This document shows positions 28,772 to 43,699 of a stretch of 64,000 bases of DNA, piece after piece (the first letter of the stretch is position 1; each line of letters starts with the position of its first letter). The translations under genes and the position numbers were made by a program. Below the pieces are notes generated by a model. It did no database searches. It worked only from the letters and a program-made list of their open reading frames with translations, and was not told where the DNA came from. The DNA lies in the NCBI RefSeq assembly GCF_009914755.1, contig NC_060939.1; one strand, written 5' to 3'. The stretch comes from the human T2T-CHM13v2.0 reference genome, Homo sapiens.

Positions 28772-31700
28772 TTGAGTCCATTCAATTCCATTCCTTTCGT
28801 TTCCATTCCATTTGATGCCATTCCATTCAATTCTGTTCTACTCGACTCCAATACATTCAATTCCATTCCATCCGATTCCATTACATTCTTTTCATTTCTT
28901 ATCCATTTCAAGCCATTCCACTCCATTCCATTCCACTCGTTTCCTTTCCATTCGAGTCCATTCCTCTCCAGTCCATTCCGTTCAATCCATTCCATTCCAG
29001 TCCATTCCATTCGAGTCCGTTCCATTCCAGTCCATTCCATTCGAGTCAATTCCATTCCATTCGATGTCTTTCCATAACGATCCATTCCATTCTATTCCTT
29101 TCGATTCCATTCCATTCTATTTCATTTCATTCGATTCCCTTCCATTGGACTCCTTTCCATTCGAGTGCATTCCATTCCTTTCCATTTCTTTCCGTTCTGT
29201 ACGATTCCTACCGTTCGATTTCATTTTGTTCCAGTCCATTCCTTTCGCGTCCATTCCATTCCATTTCACTCCATTCGATTCCATTCCACTCGATTCCACT
29301 TCGTCCCATTTCATTGCATTCCATTCTATTCAACTCTATTGCCTTCCATTCCATTCCATTCGATTACATTCCATGCGATTCCATTCGAAATCGAATCAAT
29401 TACATTGCAGTCCATTACAATTGAGTCCGTTTTATTCCAGTCCACTGCATTCTGGTCCATTCCATTTGATTCCATTCCATTCTATTCCATTCCATACAGT
29501 TGCATTCCTTTGGATTCCATGCTATATATATAAATTCAATTCGAGACCATTGCTTTTGAGTCCATTCTATATGATTCCATTCCATTCAAGTCCATTACAT
29601 TTGGTTCAATTCCATTCCATTCCATTCCCTTCCATTCCATTCCAGTTGATATCAATCCATTCGATTCCATTCCATTCGAGCACATTCCATTCGAGTCCAT
29701 TCCATTCGATGCCATTCCATTTGATTCTATTCCATTAGTCTCCATTCAATTCCATTAATCTCCATTCCATTCCATTCTACTCCAACTGATTCCATTCCAT
29801 TCTATTCCTTTCCATTCCATTTCATTCCATTCCATTCCATTTCATTCCATTCCATTCCATTTCATTCCATTCCATTCCATTCGTGTCCATTCCACTCCAG
29901 TCCATTCCATTCGTGTCCATTCCATTCTAGTCCATTCCATTTGTGTCCACTGCATTCCATTCCACTCCATTCCATATTATTCCATTACACTCCATTCCAT
30001 TCTATTACTTTCATTTCCATTCAATTCCATTCCATTTGATTCCATTCCACTCGGTTTCATTCCATTTGAGTCCACTCCATTCCATTCCATTCCATTCCAT
30101 TCAGATCCATTCCATTCTGTTCCATTCCAATCCATTCCATTCGGTACCATTCCATAGTGTTCCATTCGATTCCATTCGAATCCATTCCATTCCAGTCCTT
30201 TCCATTCGATTCCATTCCATTCATTTCAATTCCATTCCATTCCATTCCATTCCATTCCATTCCACTTGATTCCTCTCCATTCCCTTCCACGGCATTCCGT
30301 TCGATTCCATTCCATTGCATTGCATTCCATTCCATTGGATTGCATTCCATTCGATTCCATTCCATTCGAATCAATTACATAGCAATCCATTACATTCGAG
30401 TCTATTCTCTTCCGTTCCATTCGATTTCGTTCCAATCCATTCGATTCCATTCCATTCGATTCCATTCCATACTATTGCATTCCATTCGATTAAATTATAT
30501 TCGAATAAGTTCCATTCAAGACCATTTCTTTTGAGTCCATTCTATTTGAGTCCATTCCCTTTGATTCCATAACATTTGAGTCCATTCAATTCCATTCCTT
30601 TCGTTTCCATTCCATTTGATGCCATTCCATTCAATTCTGTTCTACTCGACTCCAATACATTCAATTCCATTCCATCCGATTCCATTACATTCTTTTCATT
30701 TCTTATCCATTTCAAGCCATTCCACTCCATTCCATTCCACTCGTTTCCTTTCCATTCGAGTCCATTCCTCTCCCGTGCATTCCGTTCAATCCATTCCATT
30801 CCAGTCCATTCCATTCGAGTCCGTTCCATTCCAGTCCATTCCATTCGAGTCAATTCCATTCCATTCGATGTCTTTCCATAACGATCCATTCCATTCTATT
30901 CCTTTCGATTCCATTCCATTCTATTTCATTCCATTCGATTCCCTTCCATTGGACTCCTTTCCATTCGAGTGCATTCCATTCCGTTCCATTTCTTTCCGTT
31001 CTGTACGATTCCTACCGTTCGATTTCATTTTGTTCCAGTCCATTCCTTTCGCGTCCATTCCATTCCATTTCACTCCATTCGATTCCATTCCACTCGATTC
31101 CACTTCGTTCCATTTCATTGCATTCCATTCTATTCAACTCTATTGCCTTCCATTCCATTCCATTCGATTACATTCCATGCGATTCCATTCGAAATCGAAT
31201 CAATTACATTGCAATCCATTACTATTGAGTCCGTTTTATTCCAGTCCACTGCATTCTGGTCCATTCCATTTGATTCCATTCCATTCTATTCCATTCCATA
31301 CAGTTGCATTCCATTGGATTCCATTCTATATCTATAAATTCAATTCGAGACCATTGCTTTTGAGTCCATTCTATATGATTCCATTCCATTCAAGTCCATT
31401 ACATTTGGTTCAATTCCATTCCATTCCATTCCCTTCCATTCCATTCCAGTTGATATCAATCCATTCGATTCCATTCCATTCGAGCACATTCCATTCGAGT
31501 CCATTCCATTCGATGCCATTCCATTTGATTCTATTCCATTAGTCTCCATTCAATTCCATTAATCCCCATTCCATTCCATTCTACTCCAACTGATTCCATT
31601 CCATTCTATTCCTTTCCATTCCATTTCATTCCATTCCATTCCATTTCATTCCATTCCATTCCATTCGTGTCCATTCCACTCCAGTCCATTCCATTCGTGT

Positions 31701-34168
31701 CCATTCCATTCCAGTCCATTCCATTTGTGTCCACTGCATTCCATTCCACTCCATTCCATATTATTCCATTACACTCCATTCCATTCTATTACTTTCATTT
31801 CCATTCAATTCCATTCCATTTGATTCCATTCCACTCGGTTTCATTCCATTTGAGTCCACTCCATTCCATTCCATTCCATTCCATTCAGTTCCATTCCATT
31901 CTGTTCCATTCCATTCCGTTCCATTACATTCCATTCCATTCGGTACCATTCCATATTGTTCCATTCGATTCCATTCGAATCCATTCCATTCCAGTCCATT
32001 CCATTCGATTCCATTCCATTCATTTCAATTCCATTCCATTCCATTCCATTCCATTCCACTTGATTCCTCTCCATTCCCTTCCACTGCATTCCGTTCGATT
32101 CCATTCCATTGCATTGCATTCCATTCCATTGGATTGCATTCCATTCGATTCCATTCCATTCGAATCAATTACATAGCAATCCATTACATTCGAGTCTATT
32201 CTATTCCGTTCCATTCGATTTCGTTCCAATCCATTCGATTCCATTCCATTCGATTCCATTCCATACTATTGCATTCCATTCGATTACATTATATTCGAAT
32301 AAGTTCCATTCAAGACCATTTCTTTTGAGTCCATTCTATTTGAGTCCATTCCCTTTGATTCCATAACATTTGAGTCCATTCAATTCCATTCCTTTCGTTT
32401 CCATTCCATTTGATGCCATTCCATTCAATTCTGTTCTACTCGACTCCAATACATTCAATTCCATTCCATCCGATTCCATTACATTCTTTTCATTTCTTAT
32501 CCATTTCAAGCCATTCCACTCCATTCCACTCGTTTCCTTTCCAGTCGAGTCCATTCCTCTCCAGTCCATTCCGTTCAATCCATTCCATTCCAGTCCATTC
32601 CATTCGAGTCCGTTCCATTCCAGTCCATTCCATTCGAGTCAATTCCATTCCATTCGATGTCTTTCCATAATGATCCATTCCATTCTATTCCTTTCGATTC
32701 CATTCCATTCTATTTCATTCCATTCGATTCCCTTCCATTGGACTCCTTTCCATTCGAGTGCATTCCATTCCGTTCCATTTCTTACCGTTCTGTTCGATTC
32801 CTACCGTTCGATTTCATTTTGTTCCAGTCCATTCCTTTCGCGTCCATTCCATTCCATTTCACTCCATTCGATTCCATTCCACTCGATTCCACTTCGTTCC
32901 ATTTCATTGCATTCCATTCTATTCAACTCTATTGCCTTCCATTCCATTCCATTCGATTACATTCCATGCGATTCCATTCAAAATCGAATCAATTACATTG
33001 CAATCCATTACAATTGCGTCCGTTTTATTCCAGTCCACTGCATTCTGGTCCATTCCATTTGATTCCATTCCATTCTATTCCATTCCATACAGTTGCATTC
33101 CTTTGGATTCCATGCTATATCTATAAATTCAATTCGAGACCATTGCTTTTGAGTCCATTCTATATGATTCCATTCCATTCAAGTCCATTACATTTGGTTC
33201 AATTCCATTCCATTCCATTCCCTTCCATTCCATTCCAGTTGATATCAATCCATTCGATTCCATTCCATTCGAGCACATTCCATTCGAGTCCATTCCATTC
33301 GATGCCATTCCATTTGATTCTATTCCATTAGTCTCCATTCAATTCCATTAATCTCCATTCCATTCCATTCTATTCCAACTGATTCCATTCCATTCTATTC
33401 CTTTCCATTCCATTTCATTCCATTCCATTCCATTTCATTCCATTCCATTCCATTCGCTTCCATTCCATTCGTGTCCATTCCACTCCAGTCCATTCCATTC
33501 GTGTCCATTCCATTCCAGTCCATTCCATTTGTGTCCACTGCATTCCATTCCACTCCATTCCATATTATACCATTACACTCCCTTCCATTCCATTACTTTC
33601 ATTTCCATTCAATTCCATTCCATTTGATTCCATTCCACTCGGTTTCATTCCATTTGAGTCCACTCCATTCCATTCCATTCCATTCCATTCAGTTCCATTC
33701 CATTCTGTTCCATTCCATTCCGTTCCATTGCATTCCATTCCATTCGGTACCATTCCATATTGTTCCATTTGATTCCATTCGAATCCATTCCATTCCAGTC
33801 CATTCCATTCGATTCCATTCCATTCCTTTCAATTCCATTCCATTCCATTCCATTCCACTTGATTCCACTCCATTCCCTTCCACTGCATTCCATTCGATTC
33901 CATTCCATTGCATTGCATTCCATTCCATTGGACTGCATTCCATTCGATTCCATTCCATTCGAATCAATTACATAGCAATCCATTACATTCGAGTCTATTC
34001 TATTCCGTTCCATTCGATTTCGTTCCAATCCATTCGATTCCATTCCATTCGATTCCATTCCATACTATTGCATTCCATTCGATTACATTATATTCGAATA
34101 AGTTCCATTCAAGACCATTTCTTTTGAGTCCATTCTATTTGAGTCCATTCCCTTTGATTCCATAACAT

Positions 34169-37100
34169 TTGAGTCCATTCAATTCCATTCCTTTCGTTTC
34201 CATTCCATTTGATGCCATTCCATTCAATTCTGTTCTACTCGACTCCAATACATTCAATTCCATTCCATCCGATTCCATTACATTCTTTTCATTTCTTATC
34301 CATTTCAAGCCATTCCACTCCATTCCATTCCACTCGTTTCCTTTCCATTCGAGTCCATTCCTCTCCAGTCCATTCCGTTCAATCCATTCCATTCCAGTCC
34401 ATTCCATTCGAGTCCGTTCCATTCCAGTCCATTCCATTCGAGTCAATTCCATTCCATTCGATGTCTTTCCATAACGATCCATTCCATTCTATTCCTTTCG
34501 ATTCCATTCCATTCTATTTCATTCCATTCGATTCCCTTCCATTGGACTCCTTTCCATTCGAGTGCATTCCATTCCGTTCCATTTCTTTCCGTTCTGTACG
34601 ATTCCTACCGTTCGATTTCATTTTGTTCCAGTCCATTCCTTTCGCGTCCATTCCATTCCATTTCACTCCATTCGATTCCATTCCACTCGATTCCACTTCG
34701 TTCCATTTCATTGCATTCCATTCTATTCAACTCTATTGCCTTCCATTCCATTCCATTCGATTACATTCCATGCGATTCCATTCGAAATCGAATCAATTAC
34801 ATTGCAATCCATTACTATTGAGTCCGTTTTATTCCAGTCCACTGCATTCTGGTCCATTCCATTTGATTCCATTCCATTCTATTCCATTCCATACAGTTGC
34901 ATTCCATTGGATTCCATTCTATATCTATAAATTCAATTCGAGACCATTGCTTTTGAGTCCATTCTATATGATTCCATTCCATTCAAGTCCATTACATTTG
35001 GTTCAATTCCATTCCATTCCATTCCCTTCCATTCCATTCCAGTTGATATCAATCCATTCGATTCCATTCCATTCGAGCACATTCCATTCGAGTCCATTCC
35101 ATTCGATGCCATTCCATTTGATTCTATTCCATTAGTCTCCATTCAATTCCATTAATCTCCATTCCATTCCATTCTACTCCAACTGATTCCATTCCATTCT
35201 ATTCCTTTCCATTCCATTTCATTCCATTCCATTCCATTTCATTCCATTCCATTCCATTCGTGTCCATTCCACTCCAGTACATTCCATTCGTGTCCATTCC
35301 ATTCCAGTCCATTCCATTTGTGTCCACTGCATTCCATTCCACTCCATTCCATATTATTCCATTACACTCCATTCCATTCTATTACTTTCATTTCCATTCA
35401 ATTCCATTCCATTTGATTCCATTCCACTCGGTTTCATTCCATTTGAGTCCACTCCATTCCATTCCATTCCATTCAGTTCCATTCCATTCTGTTCCATTCC
35501 ATTCCGTTCCATTACATTCCATTCCATTCGGTACCATTCCATATTGTTCCATTCGATTCCATTCGAATCCATTCCATTCCAGTCCATTCCATTCGATTCC
35601 ATTCCATTCATTTCAATTCCATTCCATTCCATTCCATTACATTCCATTTGATTCCTCTCCATTCCCTTCCACTGCATTCCGTTCGATTCCATTCCATTGC
35701 ATTGCATTCCATTCCATTGGATTGCATTCCATTCGATTCCATTCCATTCGAATCAATTACATAGCAATCCATTACATTCGAGTCTATTCTATTCCGATCC
35801 ATTCGATTTCGTTCCAATCCATTCGATTCCATTCCATTCGATTCCATTCCATACTATTGCATTCCATTCTATTACATTATATTCGAATAAGTTCCATTCA
35901 AGACCATTTCTTTTGAGTCCATTCTATTTGAGTCCATTCCCTTTGATTCCATAACATTTGAGTCCATTCAATTCCATTCCTTTCGTTTCCATTCCATTTG
36001 ATGCCATTCCATTCAATTCTGTTCTACTCGACTCCAATACATTCAATTCCATTCCATCCGATTCCATTACATTCTTTTCATTTCTTATCCATTTCAAGCC
36101 ATTCCACTCCATTCCATTCCACTCGTTTCATTTCCATTCGAGTCCATTCCTCTCCAGTCCATTCCGTTCAATCCATTCCATTCCAGTCCATTCCATTCGA
36201 GTCCGTTGCATTCCAGTCCATTCCACTCGAGTCAATTCCATCCCATTCGATGTCTTTCCATAACGATCCATTCCATTCTATTCCTTTCGATTCCATTCCA
36301 TTCGATTTCATTCCATTCGATTCCCTTCCATTGGACTCCTTTCCATTCGAGTGCATTCCATTCCGTTCCATTTCTTTCCGTTCTGTACGATTCCTACCGT
36401 TCGATTTCATTTTGTTCCAGTCCATTCCTTTCGCGTCCATTCCATTCCATTTCACTCCATTCGATTCCATTCCACTCGATTCCACTTCGTTCCATTTCAT
36501 TGCATTCCATTCTATTCAACTCTATTGCCTTCCATTCCATTCCATTCGATTACATTCCATGCGATTCCATTCGAAATCGAATCAATTACATTGCAATCCA
36601 TTACTATTGAGTCCGTTTTATTCCAGTCCACTGCATTCTGGTCCATTCCATTTGATTCCATTCCATTCTATTCCATTCCATACAGTTGCATTCCATTGGA
36701 TTCCATTCTATATCTATAAATTCAATTCGAGACCATTGCTTTTGAGTCCATTCTATATGATTCCATTCCATTCAAGTCCATTACATTTGGTTCAATTCCA
36801 TTCCATTCCATTCCCTTCCATTCCATTCCAGTTGATATCAATCCATTCGATTCCATTCCATTCGAGCACATTCCATTCGAGTCCATTCCATTCGATGCCA
36901 TTCCATTTGATTCTATTCCATTAGTCTCCATTCAATTCCATTAATCTCCATTCCATTCCATTCTACTCCAACTGATTCCATTCCATTCTATTCCTTTCCA
37001 TTCCATTTCATTCCATTCCATTCCATTTCATTCCATTCCATTCCATTCGTGTCCATTCCACTCCAGTACATTCCATTCGTGTCCATTCCATTCCAGTCCA

Positions 37101-37746
37101 TTCCATTTGTGTCCACTGCATTCCATTCCACTCCATTCCATATTATTCCATTACACTCCATTCCATTCTATTACTTTCATTTCCATTCAATTCCATTCCA
37201 TTTGATTCCATTCCACTCGGTTTCATTCCATTTGAGTCCACTCCATTCCATTCCATTCCATTCAGTTCCATTCCATTCTGTTCCATTCCATTCCGTTCCA
37301 TTACATTCCATTCCATTCGGTACCATTCCATATTGTTCCATTCGATTCCATTCGAATCCATTCCATTCCAGTCCATTCCATTCGATTCCATTCCATTCAT
37401 TTCAATTCCATTCCATTCCATTCCATTACATTCCACTTGATTCCTCTCCATTCCCTTCCACTGCATTCCGTTCGATTCCATTCCATTGCATTGCATTCCA
37501 TTCCATTGGATTGCATTCCATTCGATTCCATTCCATTCGAATCAATTACATAGCAATCCATTACATTCGAGTCTATTCTATTCCGATCCATTCGATTTCG
37601 TTCCAATCCATTCGATTCCATTCCATTCGATTCCATTCCATACTATTGCATTCCATTCTATTACATTATATTCGAATAAGTTCCATTCAAGACCATTTCT
37701 TTTGAGTCCATTCTATTTGAGTCCATTCCCTTTGATTCCATAACAT
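34169..37746 (+). repeat. Adjacent monomer duplication (2 x 1789 bp)
   Basis: Two consecutive 1789-bp spacings share the private variants CCAGTAC 35274/37063 and CCGATCC 35794/37583. Confidence 0.8.
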
Positions 37747-40700
37747 TTGAGTCCATTCAATTCCATTCCTTTCGTTTCCATTCCATTTGATGCCATTCCA
37801 TTCAATTCTGTTCTACTCGACTCCAATACATTCAATTCCATTCCATCCGATTCCATTACATTCTTTTCATTTCTTATCCATTTCAAGCCATTCCACTCCA
37901 TTCCATTCCACTCGTTTCCTTTCCATTCGAGTCCATTCCTCTCCAGTCCATTCCGTTCAATCCATTCCATTCCAGTCCATTCCATTCGAGTCCGTTCCAT
38001 TCCAGTCCAATCCATTCGAGTCAAATCCATCCCATTCAATGTCTTTCCATAACGATCCATTCCATTCTATTCCTTTCGATTCCATTCCATTCTATTTCAT
38101 TCCATTCGATTCCCTTCCATTGGACTCCTTTCCATTCGAGTGCATTCCATTCCGTTCCATTTCTTTCAGTTCTGTACGATTCCTACAGTTCGATTTCATT
38201 TTGTTCCAGTCCATTCCTTTCGCGTCCATTCCACTCCATTTCACTCCATTCGATTCCATTCCACTCGATTCCACTTTGTTCCATTTCATTGCATTCCATT
38301 CTATTCAACTCTATTGCCTTCCATTCCATTCCATTCGATTACATTCCATGCGATTCCATTCGAAATCGAATCAATTACATTGCAATCCATTACTATTGAG
38401 TCCGTTTTATTCCAGTCCACTGCATTCTGGTCCATTCCATTTGATTCCATTCTATTCTATTCCATTCCATACAGTTGCATTCCATTGGATTCCATGCTAT
38501 ATCTATAAATTCAATTTGAGACCATTACTTTTGAGTCCATTCTATATGATTCCATTCCATTCAAGTCCATTACATTTGGTTCAATTCCATTCCATTCCAT
38601 TCCCTTCCATTCCATTCCAGTTGATATCAATCCTTTCGATTCCATTCCATCCGAGCACATTCCATTCGAGTCCATTCCATTCGATGCCATTCCATTTGAT
38701 TCTATTCCATTAGTCTCCATTCAATTCCATTAATCTCCATTCCATTCCATTCTACTCCAACTGATTCCATTCCATTCTATTCCTTTCCATTCCATTTCAT
38801 TCCATTCCATTCCATTTCATTCCATTCCATTCCATTCGTGTCCATTCCACTCCAGTCCATTCCATTCGTGTCCATTCCATTCCAGTCCATTCCATTTGTG
38901 TCCACTGCATTCCATTCCACTCCATTCCATATTATTCCATTACACTCCATTCCATTCTATTACTTTCATTTCCATTCAATTCCATTCCATTTGATTCCAT
39001 TCCACTCGGTTTCATTCCATTTGAGTCCACTCCATTCCATTCCATTCCATTCCATTCAGTTCCATTCCATTCTGTTCCATTCCATTCCGTTCCATTACAT
39101 TCCATTCCATTCGGTACCATTCCATATTGTTCCATTCGATTCCATTCGAATCCATTCCATTCCAGTCCATTCCATTCGATTCCATTCCATTCATTTCAAT
39201 TCCATTCCATTCCATTCCATTACATTCCACTTGATTCCTCTCCATTCCCTTCCACTGCATTCCGTTCGATTCCATTCCATTGCATTGCATTCCATTCCAT
39301 TGGATTGCATTCCATTCGATTCCATTCCATTCGAATCAATTACATAGCAATCCATTACATTCGAGTCTATTCTATTCCGTTCCATTCGATTTCGTTCCAA
39401 TCCATTCGATTCCATTCCATTCGATTCCATTCCATACAATTGCATTCCATTCTATTACATTATATTCGAATAAGTTCCATTCAAGACCATTTCTTTTGAG
39501 TCCATTCTATTTGAGTCCATTCCCTTTGATTCCATAACATTTGAGTCCATTCAATTCCATTCCTTTCGTTTCCATTCCATTTGATGCCATTCCATTCAAT
39601 TCTGTTCTACTCGACTCCAATACATTCAATTCCATTCCATTTGATTCCATTACATTCTTTTCATTTCTTATCCATTTCAAGCCATTCCACTCCATTCCAT
39701 TCCACTCGTTTCCTTTCCAGTCGAGTCCATTCCTCTCCAGTCCATTCCGTTCAATCCATTCCATTCCAGTCCATTCCATTCGAGTCCATTCCATTCCAGT
39801 CCATTCCATTCGAGTCAATTCCATCCCATTCGATGTCTTCCCATAACGATCCATTCCATTCTATTTTCCTTTCGATTCCATTCCATTCTATTTCATTCCA
39901 TTCGATTCCCTTCCATTGGACTCCTTTCCATTCGAGTGCATTCCATTCCGTTCCATTTCTTTCCGTTCTGTACGATTCCTACCGTTCGATTTCATTTTGT
40001 TCCAGTCCATTCCTTTCGCGTCCATTCCATTCCATTTCACTCCATTCGATTCCATTCCACTCGATTCCACTTCGTTCCATTTCATTGCATTCCATTCTAT
40101 TCAACTCTATTGCCTTCCATTCCATTCCATTCGATTACATTCCATGCGATTCCATTCGAAATCGAATCAATTACAATGCAATCCATTACTATTGAGTCCA
40201 TTTTATTCCAGTCCACTGCATTCTGGTCCATTCCATTTGATTCCATTCCATTCTATTCCATTCCATACAGTTGCATTCCATTGGATTCCATTCTATATCT
40301 ATAAATTCAATTCGAGACCATTGCTTTTGAGTCCATTCTATATGATTCCATTCCATTCAAGTCCATTACATTTGGTTCAATTCCATTCCATTCCATTCCC
40401 TTCCATTCCATTCCAGTTGATATCAATCCATTCGATTCCATTCCATTCGAGCACATTCCATTCGAGTCCATTCCATTCGATGCCATTCCATTTGATTCTA
40501 TTCCATTAGTCTCCATTCAATTCCATTAATCTCCATTCCATTCCATTCTACTCCAACTGATTCCATTCCATTCTATTCCTTTCCATTCCATTTCATTCCA
40601 TTCCATTCCATTTCATTCCATTCCATTCCATTCATGTCCATTCCACTCCAGTCCATTCCATTCGTGTCCATTCCATTCCAGTCCATTCCATTTGTGTCCA

Positions 40701-43699
40701 CTGCATTCCATTCCACTCCATTCCATATTATTCCATTACAATCCATTCCATTCTATTACTTTCATTTCCATTCAATTCCATTCCATTTGATTCCATTCCA
40801 CTCGGTTTCATTCCATTTGAGTCCACTCCATTCCATTCCATTCCATTCCATTCAGTTCCATTCCATTCTGTTCCATTCCATTCCGTTCCATTGCATTCCA
40901 TTCCATTCGGTACCATTCCATATTGTTCCATTCGATTCCATTCGAATCCATTCCATTCCAGTCCATTCCATTCCATTCCATTCCATTCCTTTCAATTCCA
41001 TTCCATTCCATTCCATTCCACTTGATTCCACTCCATTCCCTTCCACTGCATTCCATTCGATTCCATTCCATTGCATTGCATTCCATTCCATTGGACTGCA
41101 TTCCATTCGATTCCATTCCATTCGAATCAATTACATAGCAATCCATTACATTCGAGTCTATTCTATTCCGTTCCATTCGATTTCGTTCCAATCCATTCGA
41201 TTCCATTCCATTCGATTCCATTCCATACTATTGCATTCCATTCGATTACATTATATTCGAATAAGTTCCATTCAAGACCATTTCTTTTGAGTCCATTCTA
41301 TTTGAGTCCATTCCCTTTGATTCCATAACATTTGAGTCCATTCAATTCCATTCCTTTCGTTTGCATTCCATTTGATGCCATTCCATTCAATTCTGTTCTA
41401 CTCGACTCCAATACATTCAATTCCATTCCATCCGATTCCATTACATTCTTTTCATTTCTTATCCATTTCAAGCCATTCCACTGCATTCCATTCCACTCGT
41501 TTCCTTTCCATTCGAGTCCATTCCTCTCCAGTCCATTCCGTTCAATCCATTCCATTCCAGTCCATTCCATTCGAGTCCGTTCCATTCCAGTCCATTCCAT
41601 TCGAGTCAATTCCATTCCATTCGATGTCTTCCCATAACGATCCATTCCATTCTATTCCTTTCGATTCCATTCCATTCTATTTCATTCCATTCGATTCCCT
41701 TCCATTGGACTCCTTTCCATTCGAGTGCATTCCATTCCGTTCCATTTCTTCCCGTTCTGTACGATTCCTACCGTTCGATTTCATTTTGTTCCAGTCCATT
41801 CCTTTCGCGTCCATTCCATTCCATTTCACTCCATTCGATTCCATTCCACTCGATTCCACTTCGTTCCATTTCATTGCATTCCATTCTATTCAACTCTATT
41901 GCCTTCCATTCCATTCCATTCGATTACATTCCATGCGATTCCATTCGAAATCGAATCAATTACATTGCAATCCATTACTATTGAGTCCGTATTATTCCAG
42001 TCCACTGCATTCTGGTCCATTCCATTTGATTCCATTCCATTCTATTCCATTCCATACAATTGCATTCCATTGGTTTCCATTCTATATCTATAAATTCAAT
42101 TCGAGACCATTGCTTTTGAGTCCATTCTATATGATTCCATTCCATTCAAGTCCATTACATTTGGTTCAATTCCATTCCATTCCATTCCCTTCCATTCCAT
42201 TCCAGTTGATATCAATCCATTCGATTCCATTCCATTCGAGCACATTCCATTCGAGTCCATTCCATTCGATGCCATTCCATTTGATTCTATTCCATTAGTC
42301 TCCATTCAATTCCATTAATCTCCATTCCATTCCATTCTACTCCAACTGATTCCATTCCATTCTATTCCTTTCCATTCCATTTCATTCCATTCCATTCCAT
42401 TTCATTCCATTCCATTCCATTCGCTTCCATTCCACTCCAGTCCATTCCATTCCTGTCCATTCCATTCCAGTCCATTCCATTTGTGTCCACTGCATTCCAT
42501 TCCACTCCATTCCATATTATTCCATTACACTCCATTCCATTCTATTACTTTCATTTCCATTCAATTCCATTCCATTTGATTCCATTCCACTCGGTTTCAT
42601 TCCATTTGAGTCACTCCATTCCATTCCATTCCATTCCATTCAGTTCCATTCCATTCTGTTCCATTCCATTCCGTTCCATTGCATTCCATTCCATTCGGTA
42701 CCATTCCATATTGTTCCATTCGATTCCATTCGAATCCATTCCATTCCAGTCCTTTCCATTCCATTCCATTCCATTCCTTTCAATTTCATTCCATTCCATT
42801 CCATTCCACTTGATTCCACTCCATTCCCTTCCACTGCATTCCATTCGATTCCATTCCATTGCATTGCATTCCATTCCATTGGACTGCATTCCATTTGATT
42901 CCATTCCATTCGAATCAATTACATAGCAATCCATTACATTCGAGTCTATTCTATTCCGTTCCATTCGATTTCATTCCAATCCATTCGATTCCATTCCATT
43001 CGATTCCATTCCATACTATTGCATTCCATTCTATTACATTATATTCGAATAAGTAACATTCAAGACCATTTCTTTTGAGTCCATTCTATTTGAGTCCATT
43101 CCCTTTGATTCCATAACATTTGAGTCCATTCAATTCCATTCCTTTCGTTTCCATTCCATTTGATGCCATTCCATTCAATTCTGTTCTACTCAACTCCAAT
43201 ACATTCAATTCCATTCCATCCGATTCCATTACATTCTTTTCATTTCTTATCCATTTCAAGCCATTCCACTCCATTCCATTCCACTCGTTTCCTTTCCATT
43301 CGAGTCCATTCCTCTCCAGTCCATTCCGTTCAATCCATTCCATTCCAGTCCATTCCATTCGAGTCCGTTCCATTCCAGTCCATTCCATTCGAGTCAATTC
43401 CATTCCATTCGATGTCTTTCCATAACGATCCATTCCATTCTATTCCTTTCGATTCCATTCCATTCTATTTCATTCCATTCGATTCCCTTCCATTGGACTC
43501 CTTTCCATTCGAGTGCATTCCATTCCGTTCCATTTCTTCCCGTTCTGTACGATTCCTACCGTTCGATTTCATTTTGTTCCAGTCCATTCCTTTCGCTTCC
43601 ATTCCATTCCGTTTCACTCCATTCGATTCCATTCCACTCGATTCCACTTCGTTCCATTTCATTGCATTCCATTCTATTCAACTCTATTGCCTTCCATTC

